This document shows positions 42,801 to 54,960 of a stretch of DNA of 64,000 bases, one piece after another. The stretch comes from Felis catus. Lineage: Eukaryota. The translations under genes and the position numbers were made by a program. The notes beneath the pieces were generated by a model. It had not been told where the DNA came from, did not search any database, and was given only the letters and a program-made list of their open reading frames with translations. Location of the stretch: positions 60,452,001 through 60,516,000 of the forward strand of contig NC_058382.1 in assembly GCF_018350175.1 (NCBI RefSeq), read 5' to 3'. How positions within the stretch are numbered: position 1 is the stretch's first letter; each line of letters starts with the position of its first letter.

Positions 42801-45800
42801 GGGCGTGAGACCCTGACCCAGCTGCCGGCTGTCAGGGGAGCGAAGACCTTTGCGGGCCCTCACTGTGTCAACGGCTGGGATCTGCCATTGGCCACGCCAC
42901 CTGCCCGCGGGCTCCCGGATCAAGGCGCTTGTACTGGGGGTGGGGGCGGGGGGGTCAGGGAGCCTCCCCTCCCTAATGCTGGGTTTGCACGCGGCTCCAG
43001 CTCCGGGACTCAGAGGCAGCCAGGGGCTCGCTCTCTCTGGGAGTGGCTCCCGCAAACACAAGTGTGGCCACCGCCCACATCCTGTCACCGCCCACCTTGG
43101 GGCTGTCACACACGTCACCCGGCCGTATGGGGCATCGTGACACAGACCCAACGGCCTGAGCACCTGGTGCCGGCACCACCCAGCCTGCCCCGGGGCGGGG
43201 GGGGCCACCAAGCTCCTCGGTGCAGACCAGCCACAGAAGCGGCCTGGGCGCCGCCTCCGCGTGTCAGTGCGCCACAGCCCCAGTGGCCCTGCTGCCACCG
43301 TGCCACGGGAGGCCGACCCGTACGGTGTGGAGAGTCCGCCACCAGGACGCCCACCGCACACCTTCACGAGGTCAGAAGTCAGATCAGTGGCGGTTAACAG
43401 AGAGCTAGAAACCCAAACTCGAAACTTTATGCATCCCGAGACCCAAAATACTTTAAAAGCTTTGTGCAGCAGTAGGGACAAGAAGGGGCGTGTGCAAGTC
43501 ACTCACCCCACAGAAGTGCAACGATGCACCATATTTCCGAGGACTCCAAATACATAACCTTCTACAACCACAGAATCTGAGGACCAAATTTCTCAGAGAC
43601 ACAGGTGACCCCGACGGCCCGTGCCAGGGGCTGCCCGCCCCCCCCCCAGGACCCATATCGCTAAGGTGACCAGATTCAAAGCAGAGGCTACACGGTCACG
43701 GGAGAGCCAAGCCCCCTCGAGGCACAGGGAAAACCCCTTCCCCTGCTTACGTGGACGTGTGTGGCCGATGCCAGACCCACCCCGTCTCAGCGTCGGCCAC
43801 ACGGGCTCGAAGCCAACGGAAGACACAGGATGAAGCCTGGCCCCTCCCCAGGTCAGTGCGGTCCCACGGGTCTGTCACTGCTTTGACCGTAGCAACCCAG
43901 ACGACCCCGACCCCATTCCCCGGTACGGAGGGGTCCCGCCAACCCCAACTCCCAGAAATTCTCAGCAGCCCTCGGTCCAACGCTTGGAATCACATCATGA
44001 GCCGCTCTCTGGTCAGAGCCGCGGCCAGAAAGGCAGCGGACGTCCCCAGCCTGTCCACAGTCCGGCAGAAGGAAGGCCCACACAGGCGAGGCCCAGGCAC
44101 GGGCAGAGCGCAGAACACGCTCCTAAGACAGGATGTGCTCCTTTGAGCGGACTCTCGGGGAGGGAGCACCATAGCAGGAGCTCCTTGGAGCTGGGGCTGC
44201 GTATCCCTCCGTGTGTTTTCTGGGCGTCCTGAGTGTCCCCCCACACTCCCCCAGGGGCCCCTGCAGCGACACGGCCTTGCAGGCAGGCTTCTAACACTTA
44301 ACAAGGAGAAAGCGAAAGGTCCCTGCGGCCCCGCCGCCTCCCCATGGGCACGACGTGGGTGCCACTTATCACGTGGAGATGCGAGCCAGAGCCAGACCAG
44401 CCACTTCGCTAGAAGGGGCCTGAAACGGAGGCGGCTGTAAGCTCCAGGGAAAACGGGGCTGGCTCTGCGAGCGAGCGCACAGAGATCTCAGCAAGGCCGC
44501 CAGCGGGGAGACGTGAGGTGTGGGTTCAAGCACGAGCCGCGAGTATGTGGAGAGCGCGTGAGGGGCAGAGCGCCCGCCCCCAAGCTGTCGGCATCCTAAC
44601 TCGCCCGAGGACGCTGCCTACTCAGAAAGGGGGAATCAAGGTTGCTGGTCGGACGGCCCTGAGATGGGAGACCAGCCCTGAGGGACAAGCGCGTGCAGTG
44701 GGCAAGTCCCGGGCGGACTGTCCAGGTCAGACTGAGGAGCGAGCCTCCGGGGGACCCAGGCCCTGCCGGGATGGGAAGAAGCCAGCCACACGTTCTTCCA
44801 CCCGTGCACCGGGGTGCCCTATCTGAGCCCAGAAGCACCCAGATTCAATGTTCCCTCCCCGGGGTTCCCTGAGGCAGCAGCGAGCTAGAAGCCATCTGAA
44901 ATCCTACAGTGGGCAGAGCTGGCTCCTGCCCCCCCCCCCCTTCCCACCCCCCTGCATAGCAGAGCGTGAGCTCCCCCTGCAGGTGTTTGCAGCCCCAGGG
45001 CCGCCATCCAGTCCTCATCCACCTCAGCCGGGAACAAGGAGGGTGCCTCCCCCTGCAGAGGTGGGGCGGGGCGGGGAGGAGAGGCAGACAGAAACACCCC
45101 CCAAGAGGCTCTGTGCTTGGACCGGAAGCCCTGGGGGGGGGGTCTCAGCAGCAGGGGGCCAGCTGACCACCCGGACACTCCGGCTGCCTGACAGAGGACC
45201 GGGTGGGAAGGAACAAGGAAACACCATCTATGCCGTGCGTTTACATCGGAGTGTGCTCAGAGTGTGCTCCAGGGAACCCAGGGGAGGCCCCCAAGCCCCT
45301 GCGGAGGCTCCGCGAGATTCTGTCTTGACCCACATTTGCACGGAAACAGCGGGCGTAGCGAGCGGACCTCGGCACAGATCAAGGCTACAGCACGGACCGT
45401 GGGGGTGCCCGTCCGTCTTTCTCCCCCCTCTCGCACTGAAACGATAGAACCTGGTTTAGGTTGCAAATGTCCGCGACAAAGCAGTAAAAATCACAAACCG
45501 TATCAAATCCCAACTGTCGCGCACAGGCTTTGTAGCATTCCGTGCGATGAACCGGAAAGTGCACGGCCACTGGCCTCGGGGGGAAAAGCCCCAGGAACCG
45601 GCGGAGCGCGGAGTCCCTGATGTGTGCAGGGACTGTCACTGCCTGAGCTGGGGGACAGGACAGAGGCCTGCACTTACCCAGACGTGGGGAGCAGGGAGAC
45701 ACTTTCTAGAACGTGAATGGCTAGGCCGCTCCTTTAATGAAAACAGGTGAGGGTGTCTGTCGAGACTGGAGCTTTCCAGGGAGAGCTCCAAGTCGGGGGA

Positions 45801-46839
45801 GCTTCTAATCACGAACAGCTTCTTCGTGTGTGGAGACTCTTCTGACAAGATGGGTGGGAACACCGATAAATGCTATTTTTTCTGTTTTTCTGTTGTGAGA
45901 TGGAGACGTTCCTCTCTGGGAGCCCAGGGGGCCCCACACGCAGGATGCTATGGAATTGCCCGTGGTAAGAGAGTCACCCGCCCGGAGCAGACAGATGTGG
46001 GGGATGGAGGGACAGCAGTGTTTGTGAAGTTGGCCGGCGAAGGGAAGGGAAACCCGTGGGAACATAAAATCCAATTCTCTCCTGGCCTTAGACTTTCTGA
46101 AAGTCAAATCCCGAAATCAAAAGTGACAGTGACACGCCGGGGCGTATAATGTACGTGGGGGGGGGGGACTGCATGCCCCCCTTGTATGAATCACCCCAAT
46201 TTTAGAGCAAACGAGCCCACAGTGGGACCCTGAGGTGAACGCGGGGACACCGCCTCCCGCAGATGCTGGCTGTGCGCCTGCAGTCCGCGGGGCCTCAGAG
46301 CAGCCGTCCCCGCCCTTCCCGGGTAACTCCACTCTCACGGACAGGAGACTGGGGCTCAGGGAGGTGAACACGTACCATGTGAGCGTCCGGATGCTGTGAC
46401 CCTCACCCAGGAAGAAGATAAACGTCCTTCCCACTCGAAGGAAAACGGGTGTGGTGGTACCCAGAGGTGGCTCTGAGGAAGGCTGGATTGGTAGCTGACC
46501 ACAGGCCACCGGGAGCGAAGGATTACCACATCACATGCTCGGCGGATCGCTCGATGAAAGAGAAAAGCAGTCTGGCGTGACCGCCTCAGTCACCAAATTG
46601 TGGGAACCCTAAAGGGCTGACGGGCATTTGAGAAAACCGCCGGCTGCGGGAGGGACCGTCTGGGCGCTCGGCTCCCCTGGGACAGGCGTGCAGGGGAGGG
46701 CCACGGGGACTGGAGCCACGGAAGGCTCTAACTCCAAATTCTGCACGGTCCCCCGGGGATGCTGGGAGTGGGGACACGGGACCCGAAGTCAGCCCGGACG
46801 AGGAACTCTGCGTCACCTGAGGCCGAGCCCCTCCACACG

Positions 46840-47745
46840 AGGCCCCCTCTCCCGATGCCGGTCGCAGGGCCAAAACCACAGAGGTGTATTTTCTCCCAGT
46901 TCTGGGGGCCGGAGCCTGAAATCAAGGTGCGGGCACGGCCGTCTCCCGCCGAAGGCTGCAGGGGAGGGTCTGCTCCGGGCCTCTGCTCCCGATGGCCGAT
47001 GGCCGTCATGCCTGGTGTGCAGACGCATCACTCGGCTCTCTGCCTGTCTCTTCAGGGCGTTTTCTTTTTTTTTTTTTTTAAACTGGTTTTATTTTTTATT
47101 TTTTTAATTTACATCCAAATTAGCATCTAGGGCAACAACGGTTTCAGGCGTAGATTCCTTAGTGCCCCTCCCCCCTTTGGCCCATCCTCCCTCCCACAAC
47201 CCCTCCCGTAACCCTCCGTTTCTTCTCCGTATTTATGAGTCTCTTCTGTTTTGTCCCCTTCCCTATTTCTACATCATTCCTGTTTCCCTTCCCTTATGTT
47301 CGTCCGTTCTGTCTCTTCAAGTCCTCATATGAGTGAAGTCCTAGGATATGCGTCTTTCTCTAATTTCTTAGCATAATACCCTCCAGTTCCATCCACGTAG
47401 TTGCAAACGGCCAGATTTCCTTCCTTTTGATGGCCGAGTGATACTCCATTGTACATGGAGACCACATCTTCTTTATCCATTCATCCCTCGATGCACACTT
47501 GGGCTCTTTCCACAGTCTGGCTCTTGTCGATGGTGCTGCTATAAACATGGGGGTGCACGTGTCTCAGGGGCGTTTCCTTCTGGGCCCCTCCGTGTCTCAC
47601 CTGTCTCTCACGAGGACGTTCTCACTGGACTTGGGGCCACCCTGATCGGGGACGACCTCACCCACATCCTTCCCTTAGCCACACCTGTGAAGCCGTATTC
47701 CAAATAAGGGCACGTCAGAGGCCATGAATTTGGGGCACATGCTTC
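46840..47745 (-). mobile_element. MaLR LTR (MLT1-type) interrupted by an L1 insertion
   Basis: aaaaccacagaggtgtattttctcccagttctgggggccggagcctgaaatcaaggtg before the L1; gaggac..actggacttggggccaccctgat..gacctca..tattccaaataagggcac after it. Confidence 0.75.
47065..47563 (-). mobile_element. 5'-truncated carnivore LINE-1 (ORF2 C-terminus, 3'UTR, poly-A)
   Basis: ORF 47360..47548 MFIAAPSTRARLWKEPKCASRDEWIKKMW..MEYHSAIKRKEIWPFATTWMELEGIML is the L1 ORF2p C-terminus; poly-T at 47065; imperfect TSD tcagggcgttt (47052) / tcaggggcgttt (47564). Confidence 0.93.
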
Positions 47746-47919
47746 CCCTAAGGAGAGGGCCCCGCGACTAACCAAGGCGGGAACCAGACGGGCTGCTCGC
47801 CGGCCGACGTCGGGTGCACGGAACGGCAGTCGCTGCCGTCCGTGGGCGCTTCACGGTCTGGACCCCGGCGTGCCGTCCCGGCTGCGCCTCAGCGCGGACT
47901 CCACGTGTGGACGGACACA

Positions 47920-48300
47920 CGTCGTCATCCCGGCGGCTGACACTCAGGCCGCTCTCGCTCTTCAGCTGTTGGAGTAACACTGGCACAGACATCCACATGC
48001 AAGCGCTTGTGGGCCGCGCGTCGGGTCTCTCCTGGCGGACACGCGGGGTGGGAGGCTGCTGGGCCACGTGGGGATGGGCGTCACCCTCTGAGGAGCCGGC
48101 GGGCGGCCAGGTGCGGCGGCTGCCCCCTTTCACGTCCCCAGCAGCCGCGCCTGACATTCTCTTTTCTGCACGTCCTCGAACACACTTGTCACCGGCTCTT
48201 CCTTCCAGCTGCCCTCGGGGGCGCGAGGCCGGTCTCGCCGCGGGTTTGATTTGTGTTTCCCTGGTGGCTCGTGATGGGACCATCTTCTGCACCTGTCAGC
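47920..48300 (-). mobile_element. Ancient L1 (L1M-type) ORF2 3' region fragment, heavily GC-shifted
   Basis: gggtttgatttgtgtttccctggtggctcgtgatgggaccatcttctgcacctg and cacgtccccagcagc..cacgtcctcgaacacacttg follow the recalled L1M antisense pattern. Confidence 0.65.
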
Positions 48301-50409
48301 ACGTGATCCTCTGCCCACCCCTACAATTTTACGTTCATCGTGAAGGTGAGAAAACAGACGCTAAAGATGATCTGCGTCTAAAAGTTCCGGGAATGACCCC
48401 CGGCTCCAGGCGCCCTTGGCCTTCCCATCGTGGCCCCTCCCAGCCGCCCGACCTCAGGCGAACATCTCCAGGACCCTCTGTGCCCCTGCCACCCAACAGG
48501 TAACGAAGGAGTGACCTTGTCCACGTCTGCGGTCAGAAGGGAAGTCGGGCCCCTGAAGCCGGCAGGTGGAGACCACTCAGCAACAGGGATGAACACCCTT
48601 TTCCCAGGGCGACAGGAGCAGAGCTGGGGACACGCTTGTTCCCACACACAGAGGGACAGGAAAGGGAAGTCGTCATGGCAGACAGGTGACCTTGGCGGGG
48701 CCTCCATGGCCCAGGGGAGAAAGCTCCGGTCCAAAGGCTGACTCTCTGAGCCTCCCTTGCCTGGTCTGCAAAGTGGGAGGGTCCCACTGGCCCCACAGGC
48801 ACTGCCACGAGGGCCACAGCACGCTGGCTCCCACCACACCCTCCCAGACCAGTGGCAGACACACCGTCACCCTCAAAGGCCGCTCTCCCCGGACAGCGCC
48901 CGTCGCTGCCCGCCTCCGCGGCTGCCCCGGGACCTGGCACGTTTCTCCCACACAGCGTCATCTGTGGAACCCGGGACCCTCCTTTACCTCGGCTCAGAGC
49001 AGGACTGCTGCTCGGCTGACCCCGGTGTTGGGGCGGGAGGGGGGGGGGCGGGCCCTGCCTGCCCGCCGCCCCGTGGTCAGGCCGCCCGACCCCGGGGCCT
49101 CCAGCCTGGCACACGGCCCACCCGCGGGGGTTGGCACTGGGTCTCAGAGTTGGGCGCTGGAAGGGAGGCTCCCAAGGCAGGATCCTCAGACTCGTGGAAC
49201 TTACAACCCAGAGGACGGTCAGCAGCCACCCCGGGTTTACACGGGCCCTAACCCGTCGCTTTTCTGTTTTTCCAGACCGTTGACTTCCCAAGATCACATT
49301 TTAACACTGAAAACGTTAGGAAGACATAACTCAGAACAGAAGACGGCTTCCCCTAAGAATCCGGCTCTGTGAGGCGCCCAACCTTTCTCGTTTCATTGCA
49401 GACGAAATGTTCCACGGAAACACAGGTCCGCGGGTCAGAGTTTGGGAACATCTGCCGCACGTGAACGCTTCCGGCCCCACTTGGTCTTACAGAGGAGGAA
49501 ACAGAGGGTCCAAGCGGCTAAAGGCGCGGTCAGCGGCAACGTCAGGCGGGGCGCCCTCTGTCTTTCCAGCTGTATCACCACCGGACAGACAGATCCCGCT
49601 GCTCTGAGCTGGAAGCCACAACTGCTCACACGACAAAGAGCAGACACCGCTTGGGTTTCAAAATACGCTAAAAACGACCTGAGCAGAATAGGATCGGTTT
49701 CTCCGTCTAAATCCAGGTCCCATGTCAGAGTCAATTGCACAAAGCAGTCCTCGCGTGGTCTTACTTTAACTGTCGTCTCTAAAATGCCTCGGCTGTGATT
49801 TGTCAAGCACTCAACCCGTGTTGGGTTGTCACTGACTTAGTTTGGGGGGATACTCGTCAAAAGGGCAGCGGGAACTTCCGGGACAGCCTGGGGGGTGAGG
49901 TGCTTCCCACGGTCCAGCTCGGGCGCCCACGGGGGCTGGGGTGCGCCCCTGCGGACGCCCCGTCCCGTCCTCTCCTGAGGCTGCGGCTGGCTCCGGGGCC
50001 TGATTGGGACCCCGCTGTCTGAGAAGACAAAGGACTTGCTTGTGTGCTGAACCCCAGCACGTCCTTCCCTGTTCCCAGAAACACTTGTCCACGCGCGACC
50101 TTCCCGAACGCCCCCGACACCTGCTCGCTCCTTCAAAGCCAGATGCGCCCAAACTCTACTCAAAGTAAAGGGACCTCCTTCCGTCTCTGCCACGGAGTAT
50201 GTCCTGGACTGTGGCCTCCCTGCGCCAGCACTGTGCGTGCCTCAGGGGTGACGACCGTTTTATCCCCCTCCCACCCGGGGCTGGCGCCCTCCAAACTCCG
50301 CTCTGCCCCCGACAGGGCGAGCACAGCCAGCTCCTACCGACCCCAGCGGGGCACGGGTCACCCAGGGACACCTGGGTAGCATCACCACCCCAGCCTCCCC
50401 TTGGAGTGT

Positions 50410-50780
50410 CTTTTTTTGAGGCAAAGCTGTCATGACATCAAGTCAACCCCCTTCACGTGCACGATTCAGCAGCATTTAGCACGTTAGCAGTGATGCACGA
50501 AGCCACCTCCAATTCCAGAATGTTCCATCGCCCCCAGAGAAACCCCATACCCACTGGCAGCCACTCCCCTTGTTCCCCGAATCCCCCACCCCCCAGCCGC
50601 CGTTCATCCACTTCCCGGGCCCACGGGTTTGCCCGCTCTGGACGTTTCAGGAAAGTGAGATCAAGCAGCTGGGGACCTTTGTGCCCGGCTTCCTTCACTC
50701 ATGTTTCCAGGTTTATCGGCGACACGGCATGTCACAGCTGCAGGCCAGGCGCTACTCCATCGTGTGGATGGACCCCATCA
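50410..50780 (-). mobile_element. Ancient L1 3' end fragment (L1MB-like)
   Basis: ttttttgaggcaaag..cttcacgtgcacgattcagcagcatttagc..aattccagaatgttccatcgcccccagagaaaccccatacccactggcagccactcccc..ggcttccttcactc. Confidence 0.7.
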
Positions 50781-50794
50781 GGGGACAGGCATCT

Positions 50795-51004
50795 TTTTTT
50801 TTTTTTTTTTAACATTTATTTATTACTGAGAGACAGAGCATGAGCAGGGGAGGGGCCGAGAGACGGGGAGACACAGAATCCGAAGGAGGCTCCAGGCTCC
50901 CAGCTTTCAGCACAGAGTCCGACACGGGGCTTGAACTCACGAACCGTGAGGTCATGACCCGAGCCAAAGTCGGACGCTTAATTGACGGAGCCGCCCAGGC
51001 GCCC
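50795..51004 (-). mobile_element. CAN-SINE (SINEC_Fc-like), full length
   Basis: T-tail, aacatttatttatt, gagacacagaatccgaaggaggctccaggctc, gaactcacgaaccgtgaggtcatgacc, ends cccaggcgccc; TSD ggacaggcatct (50783) / ggacgggcatct (51006). Confidence 0.93.
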
Positions 51005-51421
51005 AGGACGGGCATCTGTCTTAAGGGTGCTCATGGGCAGCTGGCAGGGACAACCCGGAGTCACACGGTCGGTAGAGCCGAAGCCTGTCACCCCTGGCTG
51101 TCACCAGCCTGAACCCTGGCTCTCCTGGCTCCTGTCATCATCCCCGGGGACAGGAGCCGCGGCCGGGCCATCTCCCTAGGAAGCAGCAAACGTGTGCAGG
51201 GACTCTGTTGTGGGACACCCGGCCGACAGCATCCCCCCAGGGTCTAGCTCCTCTCATGACGCACGACACCTGCTCACCGTCACCTCCCCGCACCCACCTG
51301 CCAGGGAGGCCCTGCTCCCCACCATGCAGCCCCCACGCCTTCCCGTGTGCTGTGCCCTCTGTCCAGGGTGCCCTCCCCGGTCTTCTCCACACCAAATCCT
51401 GCCCGTTCCTCTGAAACCTCA

Positions 51422-51730
51422 GAGGGCTTGAACTATGTCCCCCAAAGTGATACGTCTACGTCCTAACCCCTGGTACCTGTGAATGTGACTGTGTCTGGAA
51501 ACAGGGTCTTTGCAGAGGTGATCAGGTTAAGATGAGATTATGCCAGAGGAGGAGGGTAGGCCCTGGTCCCATCACGGGTGTCCTAAGAGGACAGACAGAG
51601 GCACAGAGCTCCGAGGGACAAGGGAGGCCCAGGTGGCGGCCCCGCCCACAGGCGCTGGGAGAGAACACCTCCTGCCCTGTCACGCGGCCCCACGGAGTGG
51701 CCCCGTCTGGACACTCACCCCAGGGCCCTG
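51422..51730 (+). mobile_element. MaLR LTR (MLT1B/C-like) fragment
   Basis: gggcttgaactatgtcccccaaag..gtcctaacccctggtacctgtgaatgtgactgtgtctggaaacagggtctttgcagaggtgatcaggttaagatgag. Confidence 0.8.
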
Positions 51731-52819
51731 TCCCTGTAGACCGTGCATCACTGCTACTTATGTGCGGGTTTCACCTCCTGCACCAGACGAAGGCGGCCGC
51801 AGGGCAGGGGACGAGGCTCGCCGTGTTAGGGCCCCCCACCCCCCCCGCCCCCCCCAACACCGGAAGGCTCGTGCTCCCCAGAGCATCATCGTTTTCCCTC
51901 CGCGCTTGCTTACAGCCACACCTGCTACGGAAGGCGAGTTAAACGCCACTCGGAGGCAGCGGTCGCGGCCCCTGGTTAGCCCAGGTCACTGTCCCTGTAG
52001 GGGTTTCCGTGGCTGCTGTGCCTCCCGGGGGCCGGCCGCTGTCGCCACCCCAAATGAGCCCCTGCACCCCATCAGGTCAGGCTTCGCCCTAGAGGCTCAT
52101 CTCGAGCAGGTGACAAGGTGCCCAGTGTCCCCACGCCCGCCACCACACGGGCTCCACCAGGGCAAGCGCGCCTGCCCCCTCACAGACGGTGCTGTCGTGA
52201 CAAGGGAAGGACCCCCACTTTCCGCTGGGTCTGTCCACCCAAACTGGCTCCGTCTCCCTCCCGAGCGCCTGCCACCTCTGGCCCCCCTCCCTCCCGGCCC
52301 CCGTCTGACCGTCTCCACCGCCCGCACCCCCTCTGTGAGCCTCACCCCCCAGCCGGTCAGATGCCCCACAGCCTCCCTCCGCCGCTCCTTCTGCAAACAC
52401 TGACCTTTTCCGTCCTGGGGAACCACGACTGGATGGAACACGTAGCCCCTAAGCAGAATTTCATCCCAATTTCCACCTTTCTGTTCCAGATCTAAATACC
52501 TTTCCCCTGTCCTTCTTATTCCAGTGGCTGTCTCCGTCCCTGCCTCCCATCTTCCCGTGCCCTGTGCCCTCGTAGCCCCTTGGCCTCGCCTGCTGGTGGG
52601 GGGTCCGGGAGAGCCCCGCACTGTCTTCTGCATCGTGCGGTCTCCCCGGACCCGGGACGAGGGGCACACGGAGCTCAAACCGGAGTTCGTGGACACCTGC
52701 TGCGTCAGCACAGGGGACCCACGGGGCCACTCGACGCCCGTGGGGGAGCTGGCTCTAGCTCCAGATCACAGGAGGTGACCCGGTGCCCCCGCACAGCACA
52801 TCTACTGGGCTCCCCCTTC

Positions 52820-53680
52820 TTGAAAACACCGTTTAGTGTAGTGAAATGGACGGAACAAAACTGACCGTCTTAACCACTTCTGAGTGCAGTTGAGGAACGT
52901 CAGACGCGCCCTCATGTGGTCCCGCTGCCGCCCCCACCATCCGTCCCCACGACGACCTTCCCCTCTTCCCAAACTTGCCCCATTAAACTCCGTCTGCCCC
53001 GCCCCCAGTGCCCCCACCTGTTTGCCTGAACCTGACTCCTCTAGGGACCCCCTGTCAGTGGGACCCCACCGCGGCTGTCCTACATGACGGCCGATTTCAC
53101 CGAGCACAGTGTCCTCCCGGCTCGTCTTCCTTGTAGCAGGTGTGAGGAGTCCCTCCTTTTCCAGGCGGAGGAACATTCCACTGTGTGCACGGACCACGCT
53201 TTCCTTATCGATGGATCCGAAGATGACACTCGCGTTGCTTGCGCCCTTTGGCTGTCGTGAGAAGCGCTGCTGCGCACACGGGCGAGCAAACAGCTCTCCA
53301 GGACCCCACTTCCAAATCCCGTGGGTGTGCGGCCAGCAGTGGGACCGCTGGGTCACGGCAATCGTCCTTACTTTATTTTTTAGGAACCACCGCGCCGTTT
53401 TCCGCAACAGCCGGCAGGGCGCAGAGTTCGCAGCTTCTCCCCGTCCTCGGCACGCTGTGTTCTGGACGGCGGCCACCCTAGAGGCCGCGGGTGGTACCCG
53501 GAGAACCCATGGTGTGCTCACTGGTCGTCGTACATCTTCTTCATAGAAGCCCACATTCAAGTCCGTCACCCGTTTCTGCCTCAGATGTCTGGTTTTGCGG
53601 GTGGGTTTTGCTTCTCCGTGTTCTGGGCATCGATCTCCGGTCAAGTACGTGGTTTTCTCCCCCCCTACAGACCGTGTCCC
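52820..53680 (-). mobile_element. Ancient L1 (L1MA/L1MB-like) 3'UTR plus ORF2 end, GC-shifted
   Basis: gtgaaatggacggaacaaaactgaccgtcttaaccacttctgagtg..; gatttcaccgagcacagtgtcctcc; ttttccaggcggaggaacattccactgtgtgcacggaccac; ttttttaggaaccaccgcgccgttttccgca. Confidence 0.75.
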
Positions 53681-54298
53681 GGGAAGCCTGCCCTGGACCC
53701 TGTAGATGCACCTGCCAGGCCTGTGTGCAGCTAAGCACGGGCGGATGGGGGCTCGCTCGGGACGAGCGGGTTTCCCAGTCACTCCCGGGCCCCAGGGGCC
53801 CCTGCGGCCCCACCATGGAGCCCCCAGCCCCACCGACAAGAGCACCACATTTTGCAAAGCGCTTCACACCAGAATTTTCCCCTCTGACCTCACAAGGAGG
53901 CCACGCCTTCATTTCCACGTGGATTCTCATCCCGTTTTATGTTCAAAGCTCCCCGTTTTTAGGAGCTCACCACAGGCCAGGCTGCTACCGAGCAATGTGT
54001 GTGCAGCCTCTGTTTCAAGGGCACCTAGGTCAGCGTCTGCTGTTAGCCCTAGCCACGGGGGAAGGACAGTAGAGCCCACAGGGCTCACGTAGCTTGTCAC
54101 CAGGCTCGTGGAGATGTGGCACCAGCCTGGGCTAACCGCTCCGCTGGAGAAGGAGATATTGAGGCACACAGACCCAGCAAAGCCACCTGTGCGCGTGGGG
54201 AGGGCAACTCGTCTCATCCTTCCTCATAATCTCGTGACGCGGAGCACAGCCCACGGGGTGGCCCCAGATCAGGATCTCCCTGGTCATTTCACACTTGT

Positions 54299-54960
54299 TG
54301 TGGTCAGTGGAATAGCAGCCCCTAAAGCAGATCCTCACAGGGGGCGCCCGGGGGGCTCGGTCGGTAAAGCGTCTGGCTCTTGATTTCGGCTCAGGTCACG
54401 ATCCGTTTGTGAGACTGAGCCCCACGTCAGGCTCTACACTGACTGACGGTCAGGAGCCTGCTTGGGATTCTCTCCCTCCCTCTCTCTGCCCCTCCCCAGC
54501 TTGCTTGCTTGCTCACGCTCTCTCTCTCTGTCTCTCTCTCTCAAAATAAACATTTAAATAAATAGATAGATAGATACAATACATAAATAAAACAGATTCT
54601 CACTCCCAGAATCTGCAGATGTGACGAAATCAGAGGTCTTGAGATGCGGCAATCGTCCTGGATCCTCTGGGTGGACCTGATGTCACCTCATGTCACAGGC
54701 GGCAGGGGAGACACGACACACACACCAGCCAAGAGGCCGTCTGACAATGGCCACATGCCAGGGGAAGCCCGGAGCGCCCAGGAGCTGGAAGGGGCAGGAC
54801 CACCCTCCCTAGCGGGAGCTCGGCCCTGTGACATCTGGGTTTCAACCTAATGACACCGAGGTCAGCTCGGGCCTCCAGAACGGTGAAATTCTCCATTTTG
54901 GTTGCTTCAAGGCCCCCAGTTCATGGTCCTTTGTCCTCGTTGCCCTGGGACCGAGGCACT
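54299..54960 (+). mobile_element. MaLR solo LTR (MLT1D-like) interrupted by a SINE
   Basis: tgtggtcagtggaatagcagcccctaaag..ctgcagatgtga..ggtcttgagatg..tcctggat..ggccacatgccaggg..ggagctggaaggggcagga..cctccagaacggtga..gttgcttcaaggcc..ggtcctttgtc. Confidence 0.8.
54341..54588 (+). mobile_element. CAN-SINE with (CT)n tract and A-rich tail
   Basis: ggggcgcccggggggctcggtcggtaaagcgtctggctcttgatttcggctcaggtcacgat..(ct)n..aaaataaacatttaaataaata; diverged TSD aaagcagatcctcac / aaaacagattctcac. Confidence 0.9.

Noticed and set aside
42980..46560. Possible further highly decayed L1 fragments (A-rich patches near 43370-43600 and 46490-46580)
   Set aside because: Resemblance too weak to set boundaries or orientation by eye; needs RepeatMasker.
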